DNA of 46,656 nucleotides, from NCBI GenBank assembly GCA_963575745.1, contig CAUYUJ010000181.1, positions 620,001 through 666,656 on the forward strand, given 5' to 3'. The position numbers and the translations under genes were made by a program. Below the pieces are notes generated by a model. The model was not told where the DNA came from, ran no database searches, and worked only from the letters and a program-made list of their open reading frames with translations. Source of the DNA: Prorocentrum cordatum (lineage: Eukaryota). Below are positions 24,817 to 35,243 of this stretch, one piece after another (within the stretch, counting starts at the first letter, position 1; each line of letters opens with the position of its first letter).

Positions 24817-26307
24817 CATGATCGACCCACGAACCCGGAAAGGAATATAGAACTGTAACACATGGCAGCGTTTTCAAAGACACCTGATTGGGTGACGGGC
24901 AAATGCAATGCTGAGTGTATCGATCTTGATGTACCCTGCCGAGGGCTGTGCTGTGCTGCGCCGTGCTGAATTGCGATGTGCCATGGCGCGACTGTGCTCT
25001 ATAGCCTCGTGGATCGAGTCCTCCTTTGCATCCGAGTCCTGACCGAACTGATCTGGATCTTAAGCTCGAGCTGCCTGAACACATAGTAGCTGCCCCAGAG
25101 CTAATGGACAGGGGAACATGCCAGGAGGACGCGCCGCGAAACGTCCCAAGGGATGCGCCAGGCGACGTGCCAGGGGACGTGCCATGGGGTCGCACCGCGG
25201 GACGTGCCAAGGGGACGCGCTACGGAACGTGCCAATGGATGTGCCACGGGATGTGTCAGGGGACGCGCCACGCGACGTGCCAGGGGGACTCGCCAAAGGA
25301 CGCCCCACGGAACGTGCCAAGGAACGTGCCAAGTTGCAATGCTGAGTGTATCGACCTTGATGTACCGTGCCGAAATCAGTGCTGTGCTGCGCCGTGCTGA
25401 ATTGCGATGTGCCATGGCGCGATTGTGCTCTATAGCCTCGTGGATCGAGTCCTCCTTTGCATCCGAGTCCTGACCGAACTGATCTGGATCTTAAGCTCGA
25501 GCTGCCTGAACACATAGTAGCTGCCCCAGAGCTAATGGACAGGGGAACATGCCAGGAGGACGCGACGCAGAACGTCTCAAGGGACGCGCCAAGCGACGTG
25601 CCAAGGGACGTGCCATGGGGACGCACCGCGGGACGTGCCAAGGGGACGCGCTACGGAACGTGCTGGGGACAAGCGTTTCGCTCGAGACATCCTGTCAAAA
25701 TCATCTGAATTCCTACGCGCGGGACGCTGCACGCGCGAGACATCCTCGGAATTCCTGCGAGCGGGACGTGATAACAAGCATTTCGCCTGAGACATCCTTT
25801 GAATTCTGGCCCCCCACAAGGCCACCGCTCGAGACATCCTCCAATTTTGCAAAACCAGCGTTTCGCTCGAGACATCCTCTACAAATTATGAAAAACAAGC
25901 GTTTCGCTCGAGACATCCTGTCAAAATCCAAAGAAATCGAAATACCCGAGCGCGGGACGCGGCACGCGCAAGACATCCTCAGAATTCCTGCGCGAGGGGC
26001 GCTTTTCCGTGTCGCGGTCGGCTCTGCAAAACCAGCGTGTCGCTCGAGACATCCTCAACAAATTCTGAAACCAAGCGTTTCGCTCGAGACATCCCCAACT
26101 CTGCAAAACCAGCGTCTCGCTCGAGACATCCTCAACAAATTCTGAAAAACAAGCGTTTCGCTAGGGACATCCTCAAATTTTAATTCGCCGGCCCTCTTCC
26201 CACTTGTTATTTATCGCAAAAGAAATTCGCCAGCCCTCTTCCCGTCAAACCCGGGGGGAAACCATCTAAAAGATAAAAGAGAACCCTGGGCTTATGCCCT
26301 TTCCGGG
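24817..26307. mobile_element. Family H2 copy 2: same ends, different cargo (431-bp duplication, GACGTGCCA repeats, GCGTTTCGCTCGAGACATCCT repeats)
   Basis: GAAA|CATGATCGACCCACGAACCCGGAAAGG ... GAACCCTGGGC-TTAT-GCCCTTTCCGGG|AAAA. It interrupts a host repeat unit whose uninterrupted paralog is at 26920-27000. Confidence 0.8.
24905..25662. repeat. Tandem duplication with 431-bp period
   Basis: 24905-25235 is nearly identical to 25336-25662 (ORFs at 25026 and 25457 share their first ~60 aa). Confidence 0.95.
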
Positions 26308-28039
26308 AAAAGGTGCTCTTCCCGGTGCTCGCACCCTGTTTTTACGAAGGCAAGTGAGATGTCACCTAAGCGGCCCCATGGCCCCCGAGTTCCTAAAAAA
26401 ACTCGCGCGGGTCGCGCTCTCGCGTGAGACATCCTCCGATTTACTCAGACGCCACGCCCTCGACACTTAGGAATCACGCTTTCGCCATGGCTTTTCTCAT
26501 GACTTACTTGGAAATCGCGCTGTCGGTCGAAACTTCGTCGCGATTCATGCAGGATGCACTCTTCAGCAACCCGCCTGCTCGACCTGGCCGTCTGGGCCTT
26601 CCTTACCGACCTGCCCGTCAGGTTCTACCCGTCCGATCTGCTTATCTGGTTTTGCCAGATGCTTTCTGCTCCTAGACCCACTTTTGCTACTCCCTCTCGT
26701 GCTCCATCCATCCTCCTCCGTCCTCTCTTTTCCTGCCTCAGGGGCTGCACGGAATGCACGCTGCAGGTTAAAAAGATATACCCCCTAAGGGGGTAAGATC
26801 AGGGGGCGGGTATCGAGGGTTGGGGATACACGTGTTGAGTGGCACGCGAGCAGATAAGAGCGAACAGTATTACAATAATTGCTGTTGTTGACTTCTCCTT
26901 CCTAAAGAAAACTGTTTCTGATCCCCCCTCCAGTGACCGCTGTGTTCTGTTTTACAAAATGTTATTCCCGGTGCTCGCACCCTGTTTTTTAAAAGGGCAA
27001 GTGAGGTGACACCTAAACGGCCCCCTGGCCCCCGAGTTACGGAAATAACGCGCGCGGGACTTCCTTACAATGTACGCAGAAATCGCGCTCTAGCGTGAGA
27101 CTTCCTCGCAATTTACTCAGACGCCGCGCCCTCGACACTCAGGAATCACGCTTTCGCTTTGGCTTTTCTCATGATTTACTTGGGAATCGCGCTGTCGTGG
27201 GTCTACCCGCCCGATCTGACCATCTGGTTCTGCCACGTGCTTTCTGCTCCTGGCCCCCCTCCTGCTACTCCCTCTCGTGCTCCATCCTCCTCCCTCCCCC
27301 TTGTCCCTTCCTTCCATCCGTCCTCTCTTCCCCTGCCTCAGGGGCTGCACGAAATACACGCTGCAGGTAAGAAATATAGAACTCACCCCCAAGGGGTGCG
27401 ATCGAAGACGAAGAGGGCGGGTATCGCCGGTTGGGGACACGCGTAGCAGATAAGAGCGAACGAGATTAAACTGATTGGTGTTGCTATTGTGGTTGCAACT
27501 GCTGTTGTGGTTGAATTGTTGTTGCGGTTGTTGTTGTGGTTGCTCTTCTTGCTGTTGTTGCTGCCGCTGTTGTCGTCGCCCCACTCGCGACCCGGCCCGC
27601 GACCCACCCCGCCGGGTGGCCCCAGACAGTCTCCGCTGCAGGCAGCCCCGGACAGCCTCTGGCGCCGCCCCCCTGAGGAGCTCCGCGCGTCCAGGGCGGG
27701 GGCGCGAACGCCGCCCCGGACTGTCCCGGGGGGGCCCGTGGAGGCCAGCCGGGACCACCGCGGGGGGCAGCCCAAAGGCTGACCGGACAGAGCACCTGCA
27801 CACACGCCGCAACCTCTTGAGGGAACGCGATGCACCGTCGCCAGCCTCAGACAATTCGGTCAGGGGGGGTCTCGGAAAGCGAAGGGCCCCTCCGTCCTGA
27901 ACAAAACCTGCAGTGGGTTCCTCAGAAAGCGGGGACCGCCCCCCTCCCCCCCTGCCTACCTACCCCCGCCCCCCAAGAACTGGGAGGTCCGGACACCCTC
28001 CCCCGCGCAAGGGGAGGTGGGAAGAAATGAACCTCCCGC

Positions 28040-28173
28040 CCGTCGCCGCCGCCGCCGTCGCCGTCGTCGCTGTCGTCGTTGTCGCAGGCGCCATCGCCGT
28101 CGACTTGGCCGTCGCCGTCGCCATCGCCGTCGCCGTCAACGTCGCCGTCGCCGCCACCGCCGTCGTCGTCGCA

Positions 28174-28271
<98 letters not shown>

Positions 28272-28588
28272 TGCCGTCGTCGTCGTCGTTGTCGTCGTAG
28301 TCGTTGTCGTCGTCGCCGCCACGGGCCAGAACAGACCAGAATCCAAAGTAGGTCACGTCCACCACGGGCCAGATTCAGACCAATTAGGTCACGTCCACCA
28401 CCGCCACCGTCGCCGACTCCGCCGTCGCCGTCGTCGTCGTCGTCGCCGTCGTCGTTGTCGTGGTGGTCGTGGTCGTGGTGGTGGTGGTGGTGGTGGTGGT
28501 GGTGGTGGTGGTGGTGGTGGTGGTGGTGGTCGGGGTCGTGGTCGTGGTCATGGAGGTCGTGGTCGTCGTCGTCGTCGTCGTCGTCGCC
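28040..28588. repeat. (GTC)n and (GGT)n microsatellites
   Basis: Direct reading. Confidence 0.95.
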
Positions 28589-28804
28589 TTGAGGGGGGGG
28601 GGGTGTCCTGGACCCCCCCGATTTGTTTTTGCTTTTGGGGGGTCGGGACCCCACCCCTGTTTTGTTGTGGGGGTGGAGTTGGGAGGGGTTGAAAACCCCC
28701 CTGCCACTAGTGTCAGAAAGCATTCGTTCTAAACTTCCTCTAGTCTGGGCGGGTTTCTTGGGTCGGCGCTGGGCATTCCTCCCTTGCGCGCATATTGCGC
28801 CCAG

Positions 28805-31560
28805 GGGAAGGAAGGAAGGAAGGAAGGAAGTCCCGTCTAAGGCCCGGGGCGGGCGGGACGCCTCAGAAGAACATGTCCATCTCACCAGTGAATGTCAGTA
28901 GCCCAAGCAACATAATCCTCAGCTCTGCGATGCCACTCTTGTGGTTCTGTCGCAGTTGTTTGCCAGCTGCCCAGGCCCTAAGCCTTGCAGAATCTCCGCA
29001 GAGAGTCTTCGAACCGCATCCAAGGTCGCGACGACGGGCGTGTGAGGCGTGACGATCCCAGCTCGGACACGGCGGCCTGCCATTCTGAGTCTCTCCAGAT
29101 GGTGACCTTCCTCACCCAAGACGAATAGCTGGATGTAGCGACTCTGGACGCCCATTTCCACTTCCGTCGGAAGTGTTCCGGTGCCCACTCTTTGAGGCCA
29201 GCGCTGCCTGCGTGCTCCCGCGCCTTGTGAGTGGCACGTTGGACCCAGTCCACCCATTGCTCGCCTTCCTGGCGCCCGGAACCAACGATGCGCCGGAGCA
29301 TGGCGCTCTGCGTGGCTTTGAGTCTCCGCAATTCCTCTGCTCGCGGTGTCCACGACTCAGCAGCCCACAGCACGGTCTCTGTCACCGTGGCGTCAAACAG
29401 CTTCAAGCGCTTCCTCAAAGAATACGATTTGTTCAACAACAAGCGTTTCAGATTCCAGAATTTCCTCCATCCGGCCACGACCCGGTTCTCGATCTCGGCC
29501 CCGGTGACGTCCTCAAGGGAGACGACGGTTCCAAGTAATTCCAGATGCTCTCCCTCCGTCAGAACATCGATGCAGAAATTGTCAGCTAAAGACACCTGGC
29601 CCCTGCGCTGGGAGTTGGGCCGGTTCGTCTGCACCTTACACTTGCTCGGGTGCAGGGACAGCCCCCTCCTCGCCAGAGCATCCCTTAGCGTCAGAATCAT
29701 CCGCTTGATAGAAAGCCAGCTTCGCGCAATCAGGGCCTGATCATCCGCGAATACCACGTGGGTAAGGCGATGGCCCCTGAAGTCCTGTCCAACATTGGTG
29801 CCGTAACCTCGTTTTCTCCAGACTACACTCACCTCGCGCAACACTCCGTCAAGAACAAAGTTGAACAACACCGGCGATAAAGGGTCGCCTTGCTTCACGC
29901 CTCTCTGCACCACGAAACGCCGGCTCTCGGCGCCGTCCCAAAGCGAGACATATCCTTTGACGCCGTGGTACAAATGCCGCAAGGCATTCACAGCAGACGG
30001 GGCGATATCGTTGCTCACCAAAGCGTCGGACAGCGCAGCGTGGTGGACTTTGTCAAATGCTTTTTCCACGTCCAACGTGGCAATCCACAATTCTTCGCCC
30101 CACTCCAGCGACTTTTCGATAACCGTTCGAATAATACGAACTGCATCCGAGCATCCTCTCCCCGGTCTGAAACCGAACTGCTCTTCAGACAGCTTGGAGT
30201 CGATGTCCGAGGCAACCCGGAGGTACAGCACGGTACTGAACAGCTTGGCCATCACAGGAATCAAGGCTATCGGTCTGTAGTTCTTTGGGAGGGACGGATC
30301 ACCCTTCTTGAACAGGACCCGGAATTTCGTAGCCTTCCATTCCTCTGGCGGCGCCAAACTCCCTTGAACCATCTGCGTAAAGAACTCTGCGATTACTTGC
30401 AGTAGCCTCGAATGCTCTGTTTTCAACATTTCTGCCACCAGCCCGTCGTCAGCCCCCGTTTTACCATTCTTTAACTTGCGAACCGCCTTCAGCAATTCCG
30501 CTTCCGTGACACCGTCGTTGTACTCGTTGGTCTGAGGCGCGAGCTCGCCCCCCCTCTCCTCGTGGTACAAGTCCTCATAGAACTGAGCGAACACTTCGCA
30601 GATCGACGCCGGGTCTTTCTGGGCAACGCCGTCCTTATCTTTGACGAGCAAGGTCCGGTCTATGCCTTTGTGTCTCTGCTGTGCCCGGCGCAGCGCCTGA
30701 AGACCAGCGCCCTTGACCACTAATGCTTCCAATTCCATGTCTTGTTTTTCTCTTCGTTGTCGACGCACTGCCCTCCAGAGCTGTTTGGAGAGAGCGCGCC
30801 GCCTGTCCGGGTCCGCCTCATCCCGGCGCTCGTCGAAGAGTCTCTGGACTCCCGGGTTGTGCTTGAGGCGGCCGTCGGCTGGCTTGTCTTCGCCAGTGCG
30901 CGAAGCGACCAACACCACCTTGTCAGTCGGATCCTCCTTGGGGTCATGGTCTTTGAGAATGCGGTCAAGGCCGTCATGGAATGCTTCAGGTTCGCCATTT
31001 TGTGCGGCAGATGGCTTCCATCCCACCTTCAATCGGGGACCTCGTTTCCTTGTAGGCCTTCCTGCGAGAGCAAAGTCTGCCGTGAAAGCTCGATGGTCAG
31101 ATTGTCCTTCCACAAAAGTAACAACATCCCAATCGCGAAAAGTTCCGGCTGCGATTTCGTCAATAAGTACATAATCGATTTGTCTCCTCTCCCCGGTGCT
31201 CCACAAACGGTGCGTCCACTTATCGCTCTCCGCTTTCGGGGAGAAAGTGGTGACAGCTGCAAGCTTGGTTCCGTGCAGCCACTCGGCCAGCAACCCTCCT
31301 CTACGGCATCTGCGGCCAAAGCCATGCTCCCCGATGAAATCTGGCGAATCCGTGCAAGTTTGAGCCCCCAGAACTGCGTTCGCATCAATCCCAAGAATGT
31401 TCGTAAGCCCTTTTGTGCGCCCTTCCTGAACCACATCAGCCAGAGACACAAGAAGATCATCGTATTCCTCCTCCGGCCCATCTCTGTGAGGAAAATGAGC
31501 TGTCACCAATCTGAGTTTGGAGCGGCCCGTGTCCAGCGCAGGCACAAGAAAATCCGTGCG
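28805..31560 (-). mobile_element. 5'-truncated RTE-clade LINE copy with short 3' UTR and (TTCC)n tail
   Basis: N-terminal APE motifs are absent and the in-frame upstream sequence is unrelated. The reading frame continues past TAG 28978-28980 to TGA 28882-28884. About 50 nt of UTR is followed by a GGAA tandem tract at 28806-28830 on +. The 5' boundary is approximate. Confidence 0.85.
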
Positions 31561-31689
31561 GACCTCAGAAAGCGCATGCTCATGCTGCCTTCTGTTCCTC
31601 GAGAGGAGGCGGACTGAGGAGGACGAAGACTGCGTTAACAGCGAGGACGAGCACAAGGAGGGGATGGGTCGGTCGGTCGGACAAGGCAT
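28978..31689 (-). CDS. Non-LTR retrotransposon ORF (RTE-like): C-terminal half of APE endonuclease plus reverse transcriptase; 903-aa ORF whose first ~40 aa are probably not element-derived
   Basis: APE motifs LVTAHFPH, GIDANAVLG, RRQIDYVL, SDHRAF. RT motifs KKGDPSLPKNYRPIALIP, EEQFGFRPGR, TLDVEKAFDKV, GVKQGDPLSPVLF, VFADD (29740-29751), GLSLHPSKCK, LELLG. RTE-type C-terminus RKWKWASRV...RPWMRFED. No RNase H or CCHC knuckle seen. Confidence 0.95.
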   Translation of the reverse strand: MPCPTDRPIPSLCSSSLLTQSSSSSVRLLSRNRRQHEHALSEVRTDFLVPALDTGRSKLRLVTAHFPHRDGPEEEYDDLLVSLADVVQEGRTKGLTNILGIDANAVLGAQTCTDSPDFIGEHGFGRRCRRGGLLAEWLHGTKLAAVTTFSPKAESDKWTHRLWSTGERRQIDYVLIDEIAAGTFRDWDVVTFVEGQSDHRAFTADFALAGRPTRKRGPRLKVGWKPSAAQNGEPEAFHDGLDRILKDHDPKEDPTDKVVLVASRTGEDKPADGRLKHNPGVQRLFDERRDEADPDRRRALSKQLWRAVRRQRREKQDMELEALVVKGAGLQALRRAQQRHKGIDRTLLVKDKDGVAQKDPASICEVFAQFYEDLYHEERGGELAPQTNEYNDGVTEAELLKAVRKLKNGKTGADDGLVAEMLKTEHSRLLQVIAEFFTQMVQGSLAPPEEWKATKFRVLFKKGDPSLPKNYRPIALIPVMAKLFSTVLYLRVASDIDSKLSEEQFGFRPGRGCSDAVRIIRTVIEKSLEWGEELWIATLDVEKAFDKVHHAALSDALVSNDIAPSAVNALRHLYHGVKGYVSLWDGAESRRFVVQRGVKQGDPLSPVLFNFVLDGVLREVSVVWRKRGYGTNVGQDFRGHRLTHVVFADDQALIARSWLSIKRMILTLRDALARRGLSLHPSKCKVQTNRPNSQRRGQVSLADNFCIDVLTEGEHLELLGTVVSLEDVTGAEIENRVVAGWRKFWNLKRLLLNKSYSLRKRLKLFDATVTETVLWAAESWTPRAEELRRLKATQSAMLRRIVGSGRQEGEQWVDWVQRATHKAREHAGSAGLKEWAPEHFRRKWKWASRVATSSYSSWVRKVTIWRDSEWQAAVSELGSSRLTRPSSRPWMRFEDSLRRFCKA

Positions 31690-32824
31690 TAGCGCGGTTG
31701 CTGTGCCTTCGCAGGTGACGCAAACCCTGTGCGTGAAGGGGGGAGCTCTTGTTCAGTTTTCCCGCCGCCCTCCCCAACGGAGGGAGGCCAGGCTTGAGCT
31801 CCCAGGCAGCCCAACGCATCGAAACAAGAGAGCGGCGGAATGCGCCAAGGGCAAAGAACGATCACTGCCCAGCTCAGGAACTTCAGTACGGAAGACAGTG
31901 GAAATAAGCCAGCAAGCCAACCAGGAGGAGGAGGGAGGGAGGACCCGGGAAGAAGTGCAGAACGACGTGAAAAAGTGCAACACCATGAGGAATGTATGCT
32001 CAGGGTCATGATGCGCAGGTGTGGAGGACAACCGCCCTACACCAACAAGCACGAGGAGTGTCATGGGACACCTCCGGGGAAGCGCGAACGCATTAGGCCA
32101 CAACTCGCGGATAGGCTGGTAAAAAAAAATATACACGCCGGTCGGAAGACGTAGGTAAAAAACATGAAGTCGGAAGGCGGATCAAGTAGATTGGGTTCAG
32201 GACCTCCCAGAAAATAGAAAACCACAGAAAAAAACGTATCGGCTCTTGAAGTAGGAAGGCGCTTGAAGTAGATTGGTATATGGGAAGCCAGAAATACCTA
32301 CTTTCAACGACCAGCGTGTAACCACCTGCGCGAACAACGACCCAGACAGGTATAACGGGCACGGAGCGTCGGATACCTGAGCAATGCCACTGAACGGTAC
32401 AAGCTGGAGAGAGCTATGACACAAACACCTCTATCCAAACGAGCGCTGGGTGGAGAAAGAGAGGAAAGATACATCCGGCTGAATCCAACATTGTTGAAGG
32501 GGCCCTGGGACACACAAATAAATACACACAAATAAAAAGATTGCCCATATTTTTCCATATTTTCTGGGTTTCTGTCTCCCCCCCCACTTCCCATATTTTC
32601 CCATATTTTCCTGGGAGTGGACGATTAACTGTGTCTGTGTGTTTCTTTCCCTCCTGACTTGTTGAAGATCGCCAACCACGGAGCTATGAGTCACACAACT
32701 GCGCTGGAAGTGGTCCGTCACCATGCTTTGGCCGCGAGGCCGTGCAACACAGCCTCCCGTGGCATCGTCGAACCCAGGCCAGGCGATGAAACAGTCGGAC
32801 ATTGTGCAGAGATCGCCAGTGGTG

Positions 32825-32989
32825 CACCCTGCGAAATGCTTAAGAAATCATGGGTTAAGAAATTCATAGTCTCAGAACTTGAGTAAAAACCCAAAATTTC
32901 CATTCAAATCTTAGGATTTACATTGAAAAGTTAAGAATAATCGAGACTCTGGACGAAAACTTAAGTTTTCTTAAGCATCGCCTAAGGTG
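32825..32989. mobile_element. 165-bp AT-rich MITE, copy 2
   Basis: Highly similar to 15670-15834 end to end; homology stops at the TIR ends; right flank TA, left flank TG. Confidence 0.85.
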
Positions 32990-33607
32990 TACAAGCTTTC
33001 GTGCCTTCCCAGTTTTCAAGGTAGAAAGGTGCATGCTTGACGTGATCCTGTGAAGGCCTCTGGTCCTTGTTCGCCAGGTCCGAAGGACAGGGTGGTCTCA
33101 GCAGCAGAAGGACCGGCACACCAAAGCAAGCATCGATAGCGGATGGGCTGGCAAGTCCAGATCGGCATTGGTAACGGATGGGCCGGCACGCCCAAACAGT
33201 ACCAAGACAAACTTCCGAACCAACATGCCAAGTGTAAGTCTTGACCAACCCAGGGACAGGCATGATGTCGTGCCGCACGGACTGGCTGGAATCGTGATGC
33301 TCTCCTCGCGCGGGCCGTCTCCTGGTTGGCCGCGATGCACCAAAAATGCACCACACAACGCAAAAAGTGCACCAAAAGTGCATTAAATATAAGAACGGAA
33401 TTCAATGAAACATAAGCCTATATGTAAGCTTACCTTTAAGCCTAAACTTAGGCTTAAGAGTAGGGAAAAAACTTAAATCTTAAAAACAAGTCGAAAAGAG
33501 AGTTAGAGAGGGGCGAGGGCCGGCGGTGCAGGTCCGAGAGGGGGGGGGGAGCAGCAGGTAGAGCGCGGGCTTCGTCGAGGGCGTGCGCCACATCCTGCTC
33601 GATTTAA

Positions 33608-33778
33608 CGGGCGAAGAACGGTAGAATATCAACTTTTTTGCTGTCGGGGGCGCCTGTCCCAGGGCGGCTGGAAAGTTTATACCCTTACGGTGGCACCGTA
33701 GGGGTATAATCTTTCCAGCCGCCCAGGGACAGGCGCCCCCGACAGCGAAAAAGTGTATCTTTCACCGTTCTTCGCCCG
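33608..33778. repeat. 171-bp near-perfect hairpin (84-bp arms, 3-nt loop)
   Basis: CGGGCGAAGAACGGT...GCTGTCGGGGGCGCCTGTCCC...TATACCCTTACGGT-GGC-ACCGTAGGGGTATA...GGGACAGGCGCCCCCGACAGC...ACCGTTCTTCGCCCG; centre at 33693. Confidence 0.95.
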
Positions 33779-33789
33779 CTGATCGATGG

Positions 33790-34190
33790 GAGCATCCGCG
33801 AGCGTCACGGCGGCAGGCGCCTCGACCACGGCAAGGCCAGGCGTGCGGAACCGAGGTTTCTCAGGGTCACGGTGGTGCTGGCAAGAACGAACATCAGCGT
33901 CGAGGACGCCTGGGGCCCACGAAGTCTCGGATGGGTCCCCACGCACAGAGAAAGCCACCAGCTCCGCTTGGGCGTCCCCCGGGTCCAGCAAATCGCCAGG
34001 GTCCCACAAAGCCCTGATAGCAAGTATCGTGGACCTTGCACGGGCGGCGCAGAAAAGAGGCGGGATCGTCTTCCCGACTGGTTTCGATTTCTGCTGCCCA
34101 GGGTCCTTCGCGGTCTCAAGTGCGCCCCTGCAGTGCGAACATGAACCTCGCCCCTGCGTGCCGGTGAGGCAATCAAGAAACGTTGCACTC
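33790..34190 (-). other. Possible exon or coding remnant within the 222-aa ORF
   Basis: Pyrimidine-rich tract plus CAG near 34190, then a protein-like frame SATFLDCLTG...IRALWDPGDLLDPGDAQAELVAFSVRGDP; no recognisable family. Confidence 0.25.
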
Positions 34191-34339
34191 TGAGGCCGAG
34201 AAAACGAGCAGGAAATCGAGAAAACGAACAGGGGCACGAGCGGCCGCCCGGAATTCGTACTCATCAGTGCCAACTGTGTGCGTGACGGGCGCCAGCAGGA
34301 GAGCCTGAAGTAGGGCCCACGAGCATCAACTGGGGGCCT

Positions 34340-35243
34340 CAGCATCCCATTCGCATGGTCGCAAAATGCTCCATTCTACCACTCGTGCCCACTGTCGCGT
34401 GCTGCGCCAGTAGGGTGTCCATAGCTATGAGCATCGTGTTTCCTATTGTGAGCTGTCGCGCCTCTCGTGCTGCAGCACTGTGGACTCCCCAAACAATCGC
34501 TATGGGTGCGGATCGGGGGCGTGCCAGGGCCATCAGCCCACCGCGCCGGGGGCGAAGTATCATCAGGAGGGCCGTCGCCAGTGAGGACAACGCGACGAGC
34601 AAGCACATGGCTGGACCAAACAGCTAGGGAACCAACTCCATCGCGACGTCAACGCGTTTGCTCCCAGCTGGGAAGGGTCAGCAGCCAGATGCGCGGACAA
34701 AGAGCAAGTCACATCAGTAGCCAGTGCTATAGCAAATCCCATCTCCGTCACAGCGTCGTCAATGGCCGTGAGGACGTCAGCGAAATTGAGCACGTAAACT
34801 AAATCAGTCAGAAGCGCACCTGGAACAAAAAGACCGCTGTGGAAATGCTAATTTTGGAACAACCAAAAGGTACCAATACCGCTACTCCCCGAACCTCTCC
34901 CAGGGTGCGTTCTGACCAGAATTTCGACGCAAATGCAGCGGTGGCGACGAGGGCCTCCCACGAGGTCAAAAAAGGGGAAAAAGAGCCAAGGGTAGCAGTA
35001 CGGGTACCTTTCCCTCCTCTGAAGCGTGGGGTCCGACGCTCATGTGAAACAATGTGCGCGGTGATGTTCAGAAACTTGTGCTTGCACTGCCTTGGAAAAA
35101 ACCTGCCTTCTCAAGGAGCGGCACCTGCTGTTGCAATTGCCGGACCAACCCGTGCAAACTATGCGTGCAATGTCCTCGTTGGACAGCTCAGTGTCCATGA
35201 TCAGCTTTCTCAGGGCCCAATGGTATGCGGCATCAACGAAGAG
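34340..35243 (-). pseudogene. Decayed LINE reverse-transcriptase fragments (different family from the RTE copy), interrupted by a MITE-like element
   Basis: 35243-35040 reads LFVDAAYHWALRKLIMDTELSNEDIARIV (resembles the RT FVD..AY motif region). 34835-34700 reads PGALLTDLVYVLNFADVLTAIDDAVTEMG (resembles PG.PLADLVF). 34600-34340 reads GGLMAL...IAIVWGVHSAAAREARQL. The order is collinear with an RT; frameshifted; no intact YxDD seen. Confidence 0.55.
34865..35011 (+). mobile_element. ~150-bp dispersed element family E with GGTACC-containing imperfect IRs
   Basis: AAAAGGTACCAATACCGCTACTC...GGGTAGCAGTACGGGTACCTTT; core GGGTGCGTTCTGACCAG..TTCGA.GC.AAT.CAG.GGTGGCGACGAGGGCC. Confidence 0.8.

Larger units (their letters stand above)
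20200..27480 (+). repeat. Degenerate long-period tandem repeat (~550-700-bp core, 5-6 units) interleaved with microsatellites and insertions
   Basis: CGCGCCCTCGACACTTAGGAATCACGCT recurs near 20657, 21354, 22911, 26454, 27126. CGAAGACGAAGAGGGCGGGTATCG...GAGCGAACAG recurs near 21005, 21668, 23260, 24652, 26800, 27403. Confidence 0.85.

Noticed and set aside
28978..31689. Retron, DGR, group II intron or defence-type RT linked to the repeat arrays
   Set aside because: The APE endonuclease, LINE-type RT motifs and microsatellite tail identify an ordinary non-LTR element; no sequence link to the arrays is seen.
28780..31700. Target-site duplication around the LINE
   Set aside because: The sequence left of the tail (GCGCATATTGCGCCCAGG) was not found again near the 5' end.
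31560..32136. N-terminal continuation of the LINE ORF through the same-frame upstream ORF 31753-32136
   Set aside because: No APE N-terminal motifs are present, the composition is unrelated, and a stop intervenes at 31753-31755.
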